38,724 nt of DNA from Gemmatimonadota bacterium (GTDB lineage Bacteria > Gemmatimonadota > Gemmatimonadetes > Gemmatimonadales > GWC2-71-9): positions 1-38,724 of the forward strand of contig JACPAP010000232.1 in the NCBI GenBank assembly GCA_016180765.1, in the 5' to 3' direction. The number at the start of each line of letters is the position of its first letter. Within the stretch, counting starts at the first letter, position 1. Position numbers and translations under genes: made by a program. This document shows, piece after piece, positions 7,735-16,662 of the stretch. The notes below the pieces were generated by a model. The model did not search any database. It saw only the letters and a program-made list of their open reading frames with translations, and was not told the origin of the DNA.

Positions 7735-8526
7735 TTACCACTCCCCCACGAACGCCACGACCCGCGCGAACGCCGCCTCGCCGCCCTTGAACTTCCAGGG
7801 GAAGCACCCCACGATCAGCCGCTGGTTCTGAAGCGCGGGCGCGTCGATCTCGCCCCCCAGGTTCTCGATGTGGATGCAGTCCCTGGGGAAGAGCGCGTTG
7901 TGGGTGAGCTGGTACGCGCTGTCCGGGAACAACCGATCCACCGCCGCCTTGCCGCCGAACTTCTGCTCCGCCTTGGCGCGGACCCGGTCGCAGTGGCCGT
8001 GGGCCCCTTTCCCCAGGAACCGGCCGATCGGGAGGTTCATGGGGTGGTCGGTCGAGACGCAGTCCACCCCCCAGATGTGGATCCCTTTCTCGAGCAGCCA
8101 CGGCACCAGGTCCGGATGCGCACCCGGGTGGTAGTGGTAATAGCGCTCTTCGTCCGGTGTCGCGCCGAAGTCCGCGTACCGGTGCCACCCGGTGTGGAGC
8201 ATTAACAGGTCGCCCTTTCGCACTTCGACCCGCTGCTCGATCATCTGCGGCGTGTAGACCGCCAGCTCGTCCATCTGGTCCCTGAGGTCCACGATCACGC
8301 CGGGTCCGCAGAGCCACTCCATCGGGATCTCGTCGATCGTCTTGCCGGCGGTGACGAAATGGCGTGGGGCGTCGAGGTGGGTGCCCATATGGTTGGACGT
8401 CATGATGTACTGCGCGTTGACGCCATGCTCGGCCTTGCGCTTGATGTACTTGACCTCGAACGGCGGATAGTAGGGCCAGAAGGAGCTGCGCTCGTTCAGC
8501 GGCTGGGATAAGTCGTACGTCTTCAT
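7735..8526 (-). CDS. cyclase-family protein (kynurenine formamidase / isatin hydrolase-like fold)
   Basis: The HMGTHLDAPRHF motif (HxGTHxDxPxH) is present. The start was moved to ATG 8526 because GGAGGG lies 7 nt upstream of it. Confidence 0.8.
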   Translation of the reverse strand: MKTYDLSQPLNERSSFWPYYPPFEVKYIKRKAEHGVNAQYIMTSNHMGTHLDAPRHFVTAGKTIDEIPMEWLCGPGVIVDLRDQMDELAVYTPQMIEQRVEVRKGDLLMLHTGWHRYADFGATPDEERYYHYHPGAHPDLVPWLLEKGIHIWGVDCVSTDHPMNLPIGRFLGKGAHGHCDRVRAKAEQKFGGKAAVDRLFPDSAYQLTHNALFPRDCIHIENLGGEIDAPALQNQRLIVGCFPWKFKGGEAAFARVVAFVGEW

Positions 8527-8554
8527 AACCAGTCCCTCCGAATCCGCCATGGCA

Positions 8555-10000
8555 TCATCGTCGCATCAGCAGCCAGTAGACCACGAACGACACCACCGTC
8601 CCCGAGAACCAGGCTCCGTCGAACAGGAATCGGAGCCGAGGATCGAGCGTCCCCGCGAGCGCCACCAGGATGCCCGCGACCAGCGCGATCAGCGCCCGAG
8701 GGTTCACGCCCGCGCGGTAGCCGTATGCGCCACCCTCTCGGTACAGCTCGCTGAGCTGGAGCGTCCCGCGCCGGATCAGGAGATAGTCGCAGATCACCAC
8801 GCCGCCCACCGGGCCCAGCAGGCCGGAGTAGCTGATCAGCCAGGTCTGGTAGCGTCCCAGCAGCTCCCACGGAAAGATCAAGATGCCGAGCGCGCCCGCG
8901 ATCAGCCCGCCCAGCCGGAAGCTGATCCGCCGTGGGGCGAGGTTGGCGATGCTGTTGGCGGGCGCCACCACATTGGCGGCGATGTTGGTGGTGAGCGTGG
9001 CGATGACGACGGCCAACAACGCCAGCAGCCCCAGCGCGGGGCTGTCATACTCGGTGGTGAGCCGGGCCAGCAGGTCCACCGGATTCCAAATGGCCTGGCC
9101 ATAGAGGATGACGGTGGCGCTGGTCACCGCCACGCCGATGAACGCGAAGAGGGGCATGGTGGTGAGGAGGCCCATCGCCTGGCCCACCGCCTGGTCGCGT
9201 TGGCTCTTGGCGTAGCGGGTGAAGTCCGGGATGTTGAGCGACAGCGTCGCCCAATAGCCCACCATCGCCGTGATCCAGGGGAGCAAGGCGCCGCGACCGG
9301 ACGCGGCGGAGCCCAGGCGATCGGCCTGGTTCAGGATCGCGCCCACCCCGCCCACTTTGACGGCCGCCCACGCCAGCAGCGCCAGCCCCATGGCGATCAG
9401 CAGCGGGGCCGCGAGCGTCTCGAGCCACTTGATCCCCTCGGTGCCGGCCCAGACGAAGTAGATGTTGACGACCCAGAACAGGAGAAAGCTCAGGTAGTGA
9501 GGGGCGCCGTAGCCCATGAACCGCCAGTCGCCGCCCAGGGTCAACCAACTGGGCCAGAGAATCCCCAGCAACGCGTGGATCGCGAGGCCGCCGATCCAGG
9601 TTTGAATCCCGAACCAGCCGCACGCCACCACCGCGCGAAGCAGCGCGGGGACGTGGGCGCCGGTGGTCCCGAAGGCGGCGCGCGAGTACACCGGGAACGG
9701 GATTCCGTACTTGGTGCCGGCGTGGGCGTTGATCACCATCGGCACCAGGACGATCGCGTTGCCGAGCACTACGGCGAAGAGGGAGAGCCGCCAGCTTAGC
9801 CCAGCGTCGATCATGCTCGCGGCCAGCATGTAGGTGGGGATGCACACGCTCATGCCCACCCAGAGCGAGGCGATGTGCCACAGGTTCCAGGTGCGGCGAT
9901 CCGGCGGTATCGGGGCGAGGTCCGGATTGAGGAGTCCGCTGGGGGCGAGGCCCTCGCTCAGCGCCACCGGGTCCGCCGCCGTCTGCGCCGGCTGCGTCAT
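8555..10000 (-). CDS. NCS1-family nucleobase/hydantoin/allantoin-type permease
   Basis: MTQPAQT...DLAPIPPDRRTWNLWHIASLWVGMSVCIPTYMLA...GTKYGIPFPVYSRAAFG is the typical NCS1 N-terminus, and the protein has ~12 hydrophobic segments. The start ATG at 10000 overlaps the upstream stop as ATGA. The 937-aa track ORF is a read-through artefact. Confidence 0.85.
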   Translation of the reverse strand: MTQPAQTAADPVALSEGLAPSGLLNPDLAPIPPDRRTWNLWHIASLWVGMSVCIPTYMLAASMIDAGLSWRLSLFAVVLGNAIVLVPMVINAHAGTKYGIPFPVYSRAAFGTTGAHVPALLRAVVACGWFGIQTWIGGLAIHALLGILWPSWLTLGGDWRFMGYGAPHYLSFLLFWVVNIYFVWAGTEGIKWLETLAAPLLIAMGLALLAWAAVKVGGVGAILNQADRLGSAASGRGALLPWITAMVGYWATLSLNIPDFTRYAKSQRDQAVGQAMGLLTTMPLFAFIGVAVTSATVILYGQAIWNPVDLLARLTTEYDSPALGLLALLAVVIATLTTNIAANVVAPANSIANLAPRRISFRLGGLIAGALGILIFPWELLGRYQTWLISYSGLLGPVGGVVICDYLLIRRGTLQLSELYREGGAYGYRAGVNPRALIALVAGILVALAGTLDPRLRFLFDGAWFSGTVVSFVVYWLLMRR

Positions 10001-10792
10001 GCCCGGCTCTCCGGTGCCGCGGCGCGCTCGAAGGCGCGCGCCAGGGCGCGTCTCGCCAGCACGGCGACGAGGTGGCGGCGGTATGCCGCAGTAGCGTGAA
10101 TGTCGCCGGGCGGATCCACGTCGCGCGTGGCCGCCGCGTCCGCGGCCTCGCGGATGAGCGCGGCTGACGGGGCTTGCCCCGGGAGCGCGCGCGCCGCCTC
10201 GACCGCCAGCACCGGTCCGTCGCCCACGCTCAAGAGGGCGATCCGCGCGGCGGCGCACTGCCCGCGCTGGTCCAGCGTCACGTGAACCGCGATCCCCACC
10301 AGGGCGTAGTCCCCATGGCGGCGCGCCAGCTCGGTGAACGCCCAGCCGCTCTGCCGCGGCGGGGGCGGCACTTCCACTTCCACCAGCACCTCGTCCGGAC
10401 TCAGGGCCGTGCTGAACAGGCCGGTGTAGAACTCGCCGGCCCCGATGGTCCGCGTGCCCCGGCGGCTCAGCACTCGGCAGCGCGCATTCAACGCGAGGGC
10501 CACCGCCGGGAGCTCGCGTCCCAGCGGCAGGCCCTGGAGGAGGAATACCGGCAGAAAGAGGCGGAGTCGCGCCAATGCGAAGCCCGCTCCGGTTCCCCGC
10601 TCTTATATAGGAAAGCTCGGCCACGCCGTTGAGATCGATCAGCACCGCGGGCCGGGCCAGCCGGAAGTTCATGGCGGGAATGAGACTCTGCCCGCCCGCC
10701 AGTACCTTCGCCTCGGCACCGTACTGCGCCAGGAGGCCGGTCGCCTCCTCGACGCTCTGGGGGCGGTGGTACGCGAACGGCGCGGGCTTCAC
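9997..10792 (-). pseudogene. FAD-binding medium subunit of Mo-hydroxylase (CoxM-like), split over two frames
   Basis: Frame A starts at GTG 10792 and gives VKPAPFAYHRPQSVEEATGLLAQYGAEAKVLAGGQSLIPAMNFRLARPAVLIDLNGVAELSYIRAGNRSGLRIGA. That is colinear with the first 75 aa of CoxM. Frame B runs 10575-9997 and carries ELPAVALALNA...GAGEFYTGLF...RRHGDYALVG...HATAAYRRHL. No (R)NxGTxGG loop is found in any frame. Confidence 0.6.
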
Positions 10793-11343
10793 CGCCAGGG
10801 TCCTCCGCACAGTGCGATAGTCAGGGCGACCAGCGCCAGGGCCGCCGCGGCCCAGTACCGCGTGCGCGAGCGCGCCGGAGCTGGCGCGGCGCCGGTGAGG
10901 CGCGACTGAAGCTCGCGATTCACCGCCTCGAGCCCCTGCTTGGTCATCGCCCGGGACGCGGAGTCCAGCACCCGCTGCCCCACGCCCGCGATCTTGCCGC
11001 CGATCTGGAGGTCCGCCCGGTACTTCATCAGCGTGTCGCCGCCCTCGGCCGCGCGTAGCTCCACGCTCGCGGTGCCGCGCGTGAAGCCGATCCCGCCTTT
11101 GCCGTCCACCTGCATGGAAAATCGCTCGGGGGCAACCTGGTCCTTGAGCACCACCGTGACCGAGAACGCGCCGGCCGTCACGGGACCCACGCCCACCTGC
11201 ATGGCGCCGTCGAACCGATCCTCCGCAGTCTTGGTAAGCGTCTTGGCGCCGGGGAGGGCCTTCGCCAACACCTCGGGATCCTGGAGCAGGTTCCACACCA
11301 TCTCGCGCGGTCCCTGAAAGGTGAACTCGCCCTCGACGATCAT
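10789..11343 (-). CDS. CoxG-family SRPBCC protein with C-terminal TM anchor
   Basis: The pattern MIVEGEFTFQGPREMVWNLLQDPEVLAKALPG ... GGKIAGVGQRVLDSASRAMTKQ is typical of CO-dehydrogenase subunit G. It has ATGA and GTGA overlaps with its neighbours. Confidence 0.75.
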   Translation of the reverse strand: MIVEGEFTFQGPREMVWNLLQDPEVLAKALPGAKTLTKTAEDRFDGAMQVGVGPVTAGAFSVTVVLKDQVAPERFSMQVDGKGGIGFTRGTASVELRAAEGGDTLMKYRADLQIGGKIAGVGQRVLDSASRAMTKQGLEAVNRELQSRLTGAAPAPARSRTRYWAAAALALVALTIALCGGPWR

Positions 11344-13724
11344 CGTTTTGCCGCCCCCGCCGCTCCACCAGTCTGCCGCGCTGCCGCCCCCGCCGCCCCC
11401 GCCGCTTCTGCCGCCCTGATGAGCTCGAACAACCGATTCGGACTCAGCGGGATGTCACAGATCTCCAGCCCGTACTCCGACAGCGCGTCCTCCACCGCCT
11501 GGGCGAACGCCGCGGCCGTCGGAATGCAGCCTGCTTCTCCCACGCCCTTCACGCCCAGAGGATTGAGCGGCGACGGCGTTTCGATGTGGTGGGTCTCGAC
11601 CTTCGGAACGTCCGTGGCCGTCGGCACCAGGTAGTCCATGAACGACGCGTTCTTGAGCTGCCCGTTGGTGTCCCACACCAGCTGCTCGTAAAAGGCGTTA
11701 CCGATGCCCTGCGCCACGCCGCCCTGGATCTGTCCCTGCACCACCACCGGATTGATCACGCGCCCGCAGTCGTGCACCACCACGTAGCGAAGGATCTTGA
11801 CCATGGCCGTCTCGGGATCGACCTCCACCACGATCGCGTGCACGCCGGAGGCGGTGCTCCCCCGATCGGGGCCGAAGTAGGCGGTCGCCTCGAGACCGGG
11901 CTCGGTCCCCGGCCTCACCGCGCCGCGGAGCGGGTTGGCGCGCACCGCCAGCTCACCGAAGCTCATGGATCGCCCGCGATCGCTCTTCACCTGCACGGCG
12001 CCGCCCGCCAGCTCCAGCTCGGCGGGCAGGGCTTCGAGCAGCAGGCCGGCCAGTTTCAGGATCTTGTCCCGCACCGCCAGCGCCGCGGCGTGACAGGCGC
12101 TGCCCGCCACCACCGCGCTGCGCGAGGCAAAGGTACCGGTGCCCCAGTGGAACTCCCGCGTGTCCCCGGTCACCACGTGCACCCGGGCGGCGTCCACCGC
12201 CAGCACATCCGCCACCACCTGCGCCAGCGTGGTGAAGTGCCCCTGCCCCTGCGTCCCCACGCCGGTGGCGACCCGCACTTCGCCGCTCGGCTCGACCGTG
12301 ACGCGGGCGCCCTCGTAGGGGCCGATCCCAGTGCCCTCCACGTACGACACGATCCCGACGCCTACGCGTCGCCCTTCGGCGCGCGCCCGCGCCCGCTCCG
12401 CCTGAAACCCATCGTAGCCCACGGCCGCGGTCGCCCGCTCCAGCGCCGGCCGGTAGTTGCCGCTGTCGTAGACCAGCGGCGCCGAGTCCTGGAACAGGAT
12501 CACGTGGTCGTGGGGGAACGCGTCCGGCGAGAGATAGTTCCGCCGCCGGATCTCGACCGGATCGAGCTTGAGCTCGCGCGCGGCGATATCGAGCAGGCGT
12601 TCCATCACGAACACGCCATGCTGGCGTCCCGCGCCGCGCACCGGTGTTACGATCGGCTTGTTGGTGAAGACCACCTTGAACTCGCTGTCGTAGTTGGCGA
12701 CCTGATAGGGCCCCAGCAGCGTGCACTGGCTGTTGATCGGAATGGTGAGGCCGTAGGTATCGTATGCCCCGGTGTCGTGCAGAAAGATGTCCCGCACGCC
12801 CAGGATGCGGCCGTCTTTGGTGACCGCGAGCTCGGCGTCGTGGATCTGCTCCCGCTCTTGACTGGTGGCGTAGAAGTTCTCCTGGCGGTCCTCGATCCAC
12901 TTGAGGGGCCGTCTGAGACGCATCGCGGCCCAAGGCAAGAGCACTTCTTCGGGATAGAACATCATGATCTTGGGGCCGAACCCGCCGCCCACGAACGGCG
13001 CGATCACGCGGACCTGGGACTCGAGCAGGCCAAGCATCCGGGCCAGCCCGTTGCGGAGGGGAATCGGTGCCTGGGTCGTGTCCCACACGGTGAGCTCGCC
13101 GGCGCGCGCGTCCCAGTGCGTCACCAGGCCGCGATTCTCGATCGCCGCCGCGGCCCCGCGGTCGTAGCGGAACCGGCGGGCGATCACGCGGTCCGCCTGG
13201 GCGCGGGCCTGCCGGTAGTCGCCTTTGTGCTGCACCACGTGGGCCGCGAGGTTGGAGCCCAGCTGCTGGTGGATCACGGGGGCTCCGGGGGCCAGCGCGG
13301 CTTCGAGGTCCACCACCGCATCCAGCGGCTCCAGGTCCACGACGATGTGCTCCAGCGCGTCCTCGGCCAGGTAGCGATTCTCGGCCACCACCATCGCGAT
13401 AGGCTCGCCCGCATGGCGCGCCTTGTCTTTCACCAGGGGGACCTGGGTGGCGGCGTGGAACGTGAGGCCGGGAATAGGAGGCGGCGGCACCAGCAGCGGC
13501 CCGGGCTGCCAGTAGTCGCCTAGATCCACCGCCGTGTAGACGGCCACGACCCCGGGCCGGCCTCGCGCGGAGCTCGCGTCCACGGCGATGAGCCGCGCGT
13601 GAGCGTGGTCGCTCCGCAAGAAGGCCACGTGGAGCATGCCCTCCAGGTGGACGTCGTCCACGAAGAGCGCCCGCCCGGTGAGCAGGGCGGCGTCTTCGTT
13701 GCGCGGCGGTGAGCGGCCGATCAT
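11340..13724 (-). CDS. molybdopterin-binding large subunit, xanthine dehydrogenase / CoxL-like family (not form I CODH)
   Basis: The start was moved to ATG 13724 (MIGRSPPRNEDAALLTG), which overlaps the upstream stop as ATGA. The active-site loop reads PVRGAGRQHG, which is form II/XDH-like and not VAYRCSFR. GGGFGPK and GVKGVGEAG motifs are present. Confidence 0.85.
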   Translation of the reverse strand: MIGRSPPRNEDAALLTGRALFVDDVHLEGMLHVAFLRSDHAHARLIAVDASSARGRPGVVAVYTAVDLGDYWQPGPLLVPPPPIPGLTFHAATQVPLVKDKARHAGEPIAMVVAENRYLAEDALEHIVVDLEPLDAVVDLEAALAPGAPVIHQQLGSNLAAHVVQHKGDYRQARAQADRVIARRFRYDRGAAAAIENRGLVTHWDARAGELTVWDTTQAPIPLRNGLARMLGLLESQVRVIAPFVGGGFGPKIMMFYPEEVLLPWAAMRLRRPLKWIEDRQENFYATSQEREQIHDAELAVTKDGRILGVRDIFLHDTGAYDTYGLTIPINSQCTLLGPYQVANYDSEFKVVFTNKPIVTPVRGAGRQHGVFVMERLLDIAARELKLDPVEIRRRNYLSPDAFPHDHVILFQDSAPLVYDSGNYRPALERATAAVGYDGFQAERARARAEGRRVGVGIVSYVEGTGIGPYEGARVTVEPSGEVRVATGVGTQGQGHFTTLAQVVADVLAVDAARVHVVTGDTREFHWGTGTFASRSAVVAGSACHAAALAVRDKILKLAGLLLEALPAELELAGGAVQVKSDRGRSMSFGELAVRANPLRGAVRPGTEPGLEATAYFGPDRGSTASGVHAIVVEVDPETAMVKILRYVVVHDCGRVINPVVVQGQIQGGVAQGIGNAFYEQLVWDTNGQLKNASFMDYLVPTATDVPKVETHHIETPSPLNPLGVKGVGEAGCIPTAAAFAQAVEDALSEYGLEICDIPLSPNRLFELIRAAEAAGAAGAAARQTGGAAGAAKR

Positions 13725-14194
13725 GGGCGGGCGGCCGCTTTCACGGCCTCCACGATGTTCTGGTACCCGGTGCAGCGGCAGAGATTGCCGGAGAGCGCCT
13801 CGCGGATCTCGGGATCGCCGGGGTTGGGGTGCTCCCGGAGGAAGGGCACCAGGGTCATGAGCAAGCCCGGGGTGCAGAACCCGCACTGCAGCGCGTGCGC
13901 GTCGCGAAACGCCCGCTGCAGCGGATGCAAATCGTCCCCGTTCCCGGTCGCCAGCCCCTCGACCGTGAGGATCTCGCCGCCGTCGGCCTGCACCGCGAAC
14001 ATGAGGCACGAGCGAACCGCCTCGCCGTCGAGCAGCACGGTGCAGACGCCGCAGACACCGTGCTCGCACCCGACGTGGGTGCCGGTGAGCTGCAGGTCAT
14101 GGCGCAGGAAGTCGCTCAAGAGGAGCCGCGGCTCCACGGAGCGCTGGTGGCGGACGCCGTTCACCGTGACCGCGATCGGGATCTCCGAACCCAC
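13721..14194 (-). CDS. (2Fe-2S)-binding small subunit of Mo-hydroxylase (CoxS-like)
   Basis: Motifs are GCEHGVCGVCTV, CGFCTPG and CRCTGY. GTG 14194 was chosen because GGAGG lies 7 nt upstream. Confidence 0.85.
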   Translation of the reverse strand: MGSEIPIAVTVNGVRHQRSVEPRLLLSDFLRHDLQLTGTHVGCEHGVCGVCTVLLDGEAVRSCLMFAVQADGGEILTVEGLATGNGDDLHPLQRAFRDAHALQCGFCTPGLLMTLVPFLREHPNPGDPEIREALSGNLCRCTGYQNIVEAVKAAARP

Positions 14195-14367
14195 GCGCCA
14201 GCCTCCGCGGGAAGTACCAAAACACGGGCGCCCGCGCCGAAGGACCCGGCCGGGCGCTCGAAGCAACGAGGAAGGGTAACGATACGGCCCGGGGTTGTCG
14301 CCAGCAAGGACGCCGAGTTACGGAGCCATGCGGCCCCGGGAGACTCTGAACGCCGCGACGCCGGCGG

Positions 14368-15912
14368 TCAAGCCCGCGCCGGACCCGTTGCGCTCGCCAG
14401 CTCTCTCAGCCTGTCTACCAACCGCACCATCGCCCAGGTGTCCCGCTCACAATACGCAAGCAGGTCCTGCCGCAGCTGATCGCGATCCTCCACCAAATGC
14501 GCCACGAACAACAGGCGCGCGATCTCCACACTCGCCACCTGCCCGTCCACGATGGTGAGATCGCTGTAGGTCAAGTCCGGCACCAGCGGCGTCAGGATGT
14601 ACTTGAGCGAGAAGCTGCCCTGGAAGTCCGGGTGATACACGTGGTTCCGGACGATGGGCAACAGGTCCACCAGTTTGCCCGCCAAGGCCTTGAGATTGTT
14701 CGCGAACGCCGGCACCTGTTCCGCCAGCTCGTTGATCCGGCTCCGCTCAAACGGCGAATACATCACAATGCGGTCTGCATTAGCCGTGGCCTCCAGCATC
14801 CGCTCCACCAACTCGGGCCGCGGATCATGCGGACCCTCCGCCAGGTACGCCCGGTGGGTGTAGTTCCCGAACCCCGAACCCCGGACCCCGAACCCCGTTT
14901 GTTCGGACCCCGGACCCCGGATCCCGGACCCCGTCTGTTCGTGGTAGGAAAACTGCACCACGGTCTGCTGCCACGGAGCCAGGCCACCCCACACCGGCAC
15001 CGCTCGGTTGATGGTCTCGAAATCCAGAAACCCAAGCCCGCCAGTGCCGAGTGCCTCATTCAGCGCCGCCCTCAAGCCCGGTTCCACGATGATCTTCCCT
15101 ACCTTCAGCGCCTTGAGCTGACGCTTGGCCGCGTCCGGGAGCTTCTCGCTGGGAGGAATGTCCCACACCGAGTGGATGCCCTGTGCCATGAACGCGCAGG
15201 TCCGCTTGGGCCCGTTGTTGTACAGCGTGGAGATGTGATCAGGATCGGCCGGCCAGCAGCGATCGTGAAAGGGACACTCGCGCGGCTCAAAGCAGTGGAG
15301 CCCAATGGCGACCTCGGGCAGCTTCCCGGCGAGCGCCGCGGTCTGCCCGGCGATCATCTTCGGCACCTGAGGCAGCAGCGCCTCCACCAGCTCCGTGACG
15401 TCCTCTCGGTCGAAGAGATCGCCCTGATCCGGGTGCCGGAACTCCGGGTTCAGGTGCATGACCTCGACGCGGCGCACGTCCACGCCACAGCGACGAAGCA
15501 CGTGCGTCTGGATGGCGGCGTCCGGGATGTGATCGTCCTTGAGATGCGAGGACGATTTCACCTCGATCAGCGTGTACCCATCGCCGTCCTTGAGCAGCAC
15601 GTCCGGTGCCACGAAGACGCCGTCCGCGCTGAAGGCGCCCTCCTGAATGCACGGCGCGCCGAAGTCGAGCGCCAACCGCGTGGCCTCGATGCGGCCGCCC
15701 TCCGGCCCAAAGGGAATGAGCGTAGCGCCGGGGAAACGGGTGCGGGCCAGCGTGGTGACCTGGCGGCCCTGGTCGAAGCGGTCCTGGAGCACCTTGTCCG
15801 GCTTGAGCTCGTCCGCGTCCGGCTCGTGCACCGTCCACCACAGGAGCTTGTGGCACTGGCATCCGGCCACGAAGCGGGACTTGGAGAGGCGGGGGAGCGA
15901 GCCGGCCGGCAT
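14368..15912 (-). CDS. DUF2779-like protein (N-terminal PD-(D/E)xK/Cas4-like part, C-terminal RNase H-like exonuclease part)
   Basis: Matching segments are LSKSRFVAGCQCHKLLWW, IEVKSS, the Cys cluster CFEPRECPFHDRCW, then FLDFET...QFSYH...YCERDTWAM. It carries an internal Gly-rich tandem insert. Confidence 0.7.
   Translation of the reverse strand: MPAGSLPRLSKSRFVAGCQCHKLLWWTVHEPDADELKPDKVLQDRFDQGRQVTTLARTRFPGATLIPFGPEGGRIEATRLALDFGAPCIQEGAFSADGVFVAPDVLLKDGDGYTLIEVKSSSHLKDDHIPDAAIQTHVLRRCGVDVRRVEVMHLNPEFRHPDQGDLFDREDVTELVEALLPQVPKMIAGQTAALAGKLPEVAIGLHCFEPRECPFHDRCWPADPDHISTLYNNGPKRTCAFMAQGIHSVWDIPPSEKLPDAAKRQLKALKVGKIIVEPGLRAALNEALGTGGLGFLDFETINRAVPVWGGLAPWQQTVVQFSYHEQTGSGIRGPGSEQTGFGVRGSGFGNYTHRAYLAEGPHDPRPELVERMLEATANADRIVMYSPFERSRINELAEQVPAFANNLKALAGKLVDLLPIVRNHVYHPDFQGSFSLKYILTPLVPDLTYSDLTIVDGQVASVEIARLLFVAHLVEDRDQLRQDLLAYCERDTWAMVRLVDRLRELASATGPARA
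14869..14940. repeat. 2 x 36-nt imperfect tandem repeat (31/36 identical) inside DUF2779 gene; G-tract rich on coding strand
   Basis: The coding strand reads GAACAGACGGGGTCCGGGATCCGGGGTCCGGGGTCC then GAACAAACGGGGTTCGGGGTCCGGGGTTCGGGGTTC. These encode EQTGSGIRGPGS and EQTGFGVRGSGF. Confidence 0.9.
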
Positions 15913-15989
15913 GGGGACAGCTTAGCGCAGCGCCGCCAACGCCGTCAGGTCGGCCCGCCCTCCGTCCTTCAACGATCCGGAGTCGCCGG

Positions 15990-16445
15990 CTACGACTTCC
16001 CGTTCCCGCCCGGCGCCAGCATCTCCGCCAGCGCGTCCAGCCGCTCGGTCCAGTACTGCTTCATCCGGTTGGCCGCCTCCTTGCTTTGCAGCTTCCGGTG
16101 CTGGACCGCCACCTGGGCCTTGGACCGTGCCGTCTTCCCAGGTGATGTGGATGTACTTGTTGGGCGTCGCACTCCGCACCGCGAGCGTCACGTCCGGAAG
16201 CCATTGCGACTGCAGGCGCGGCTGGCTGAACGCCCGGTACAGCTTGGTGAGTGAGACCGGCAACGTGCGGCTCTTGCTGGCCTCGTACTCGCCCGAGCGC
16301 CGCTGGCCCTGCTCCCGTAAGCCCTTGATGCGCTGGTAACCCACCGTCACCGTCTGGGCCCACCAGCCGTCAATGCAGTATACGCCTCGCCCGTCTTCCG
16401 CATGCGGGCGCGAACCAGGCGCTTGAAGTCTTTGTTGGTAGGCAT
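15990..16445 (-). pseudogene. decayed SRPBCC/DUF4287-associated-type gene (two frame switches)
   Basis: ATG 16445 gives MPTNKDFKRLVRARMRKTGEAYTA, and then a stop follows. A second frame gives IDGWWAQTVTVGYQRIKGLREQGQRRSGEYEASKSRTLPVSLTKLYRAFS...ITWEDGT. A third frame gives ARSKAQVAVQHRKLQSKEAANRMKQYWTERLDALAEML-stop at 15990. Confidence 0.5.
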
Positions 16446-16662
16446 CGTTGCGTTCCTTTGCGCTCTGGCCACGGCCAATTGCCCCCCAGCAGCGACTTGA
16501 CCGCGGCGACGCAAAGGTTCCCCGCAGAGCGATCCGGGAGTTTGCCCCCCTTTGCCTCTACCAAGGACCCTCGCTGGGGGAGGGCCGAAAGAGGTTGGGC
16601 GTGGATCACCGCCCGCGCTACTACGATGCGGCGGCCGGCCGGGCGGCGCAAGAGGGGTCTGG

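Noticed and set aside
8555-11368. 937-aa minus-strand ORF spanning permease, coxM-like and CoxG regions
   Set aside because: - It is a read-through of one open frame.
- Only the last 481 codons (NCS1 permease, from ATG 10000) and a 75-codon block (the coxM N-terminus) look like protein.
- The rest is Arg/Gly/Pro noise overlapping genes in other frames.
11340-11420. Ala/Gly-rich C-terminal tail of the Mo large subunit (AAEAAGAAGAAARQTGGAAGAAKR) as a special feature
   Set aside because: It is low-complexity GC-driven sequence at a gene end that overlaps the CoxG start region. There is no evidence of function beyond composition.
11586-13523. 645-aa plus-strand ORF, and similar long antisense ORFs at 8549-9799, 14497-16254, 19583-20485, 20486-21559, 30565-31854, 32083-33195, 34280-35581, 35608-36384 and 37236-38693
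   Set aside because: - All lie opposite genes with unmistakable family signatures.
- Their translations are dominated by R, G, H, P, V and D with no recognisable motifs.
- They are shadow ORFs expected at this GC content.
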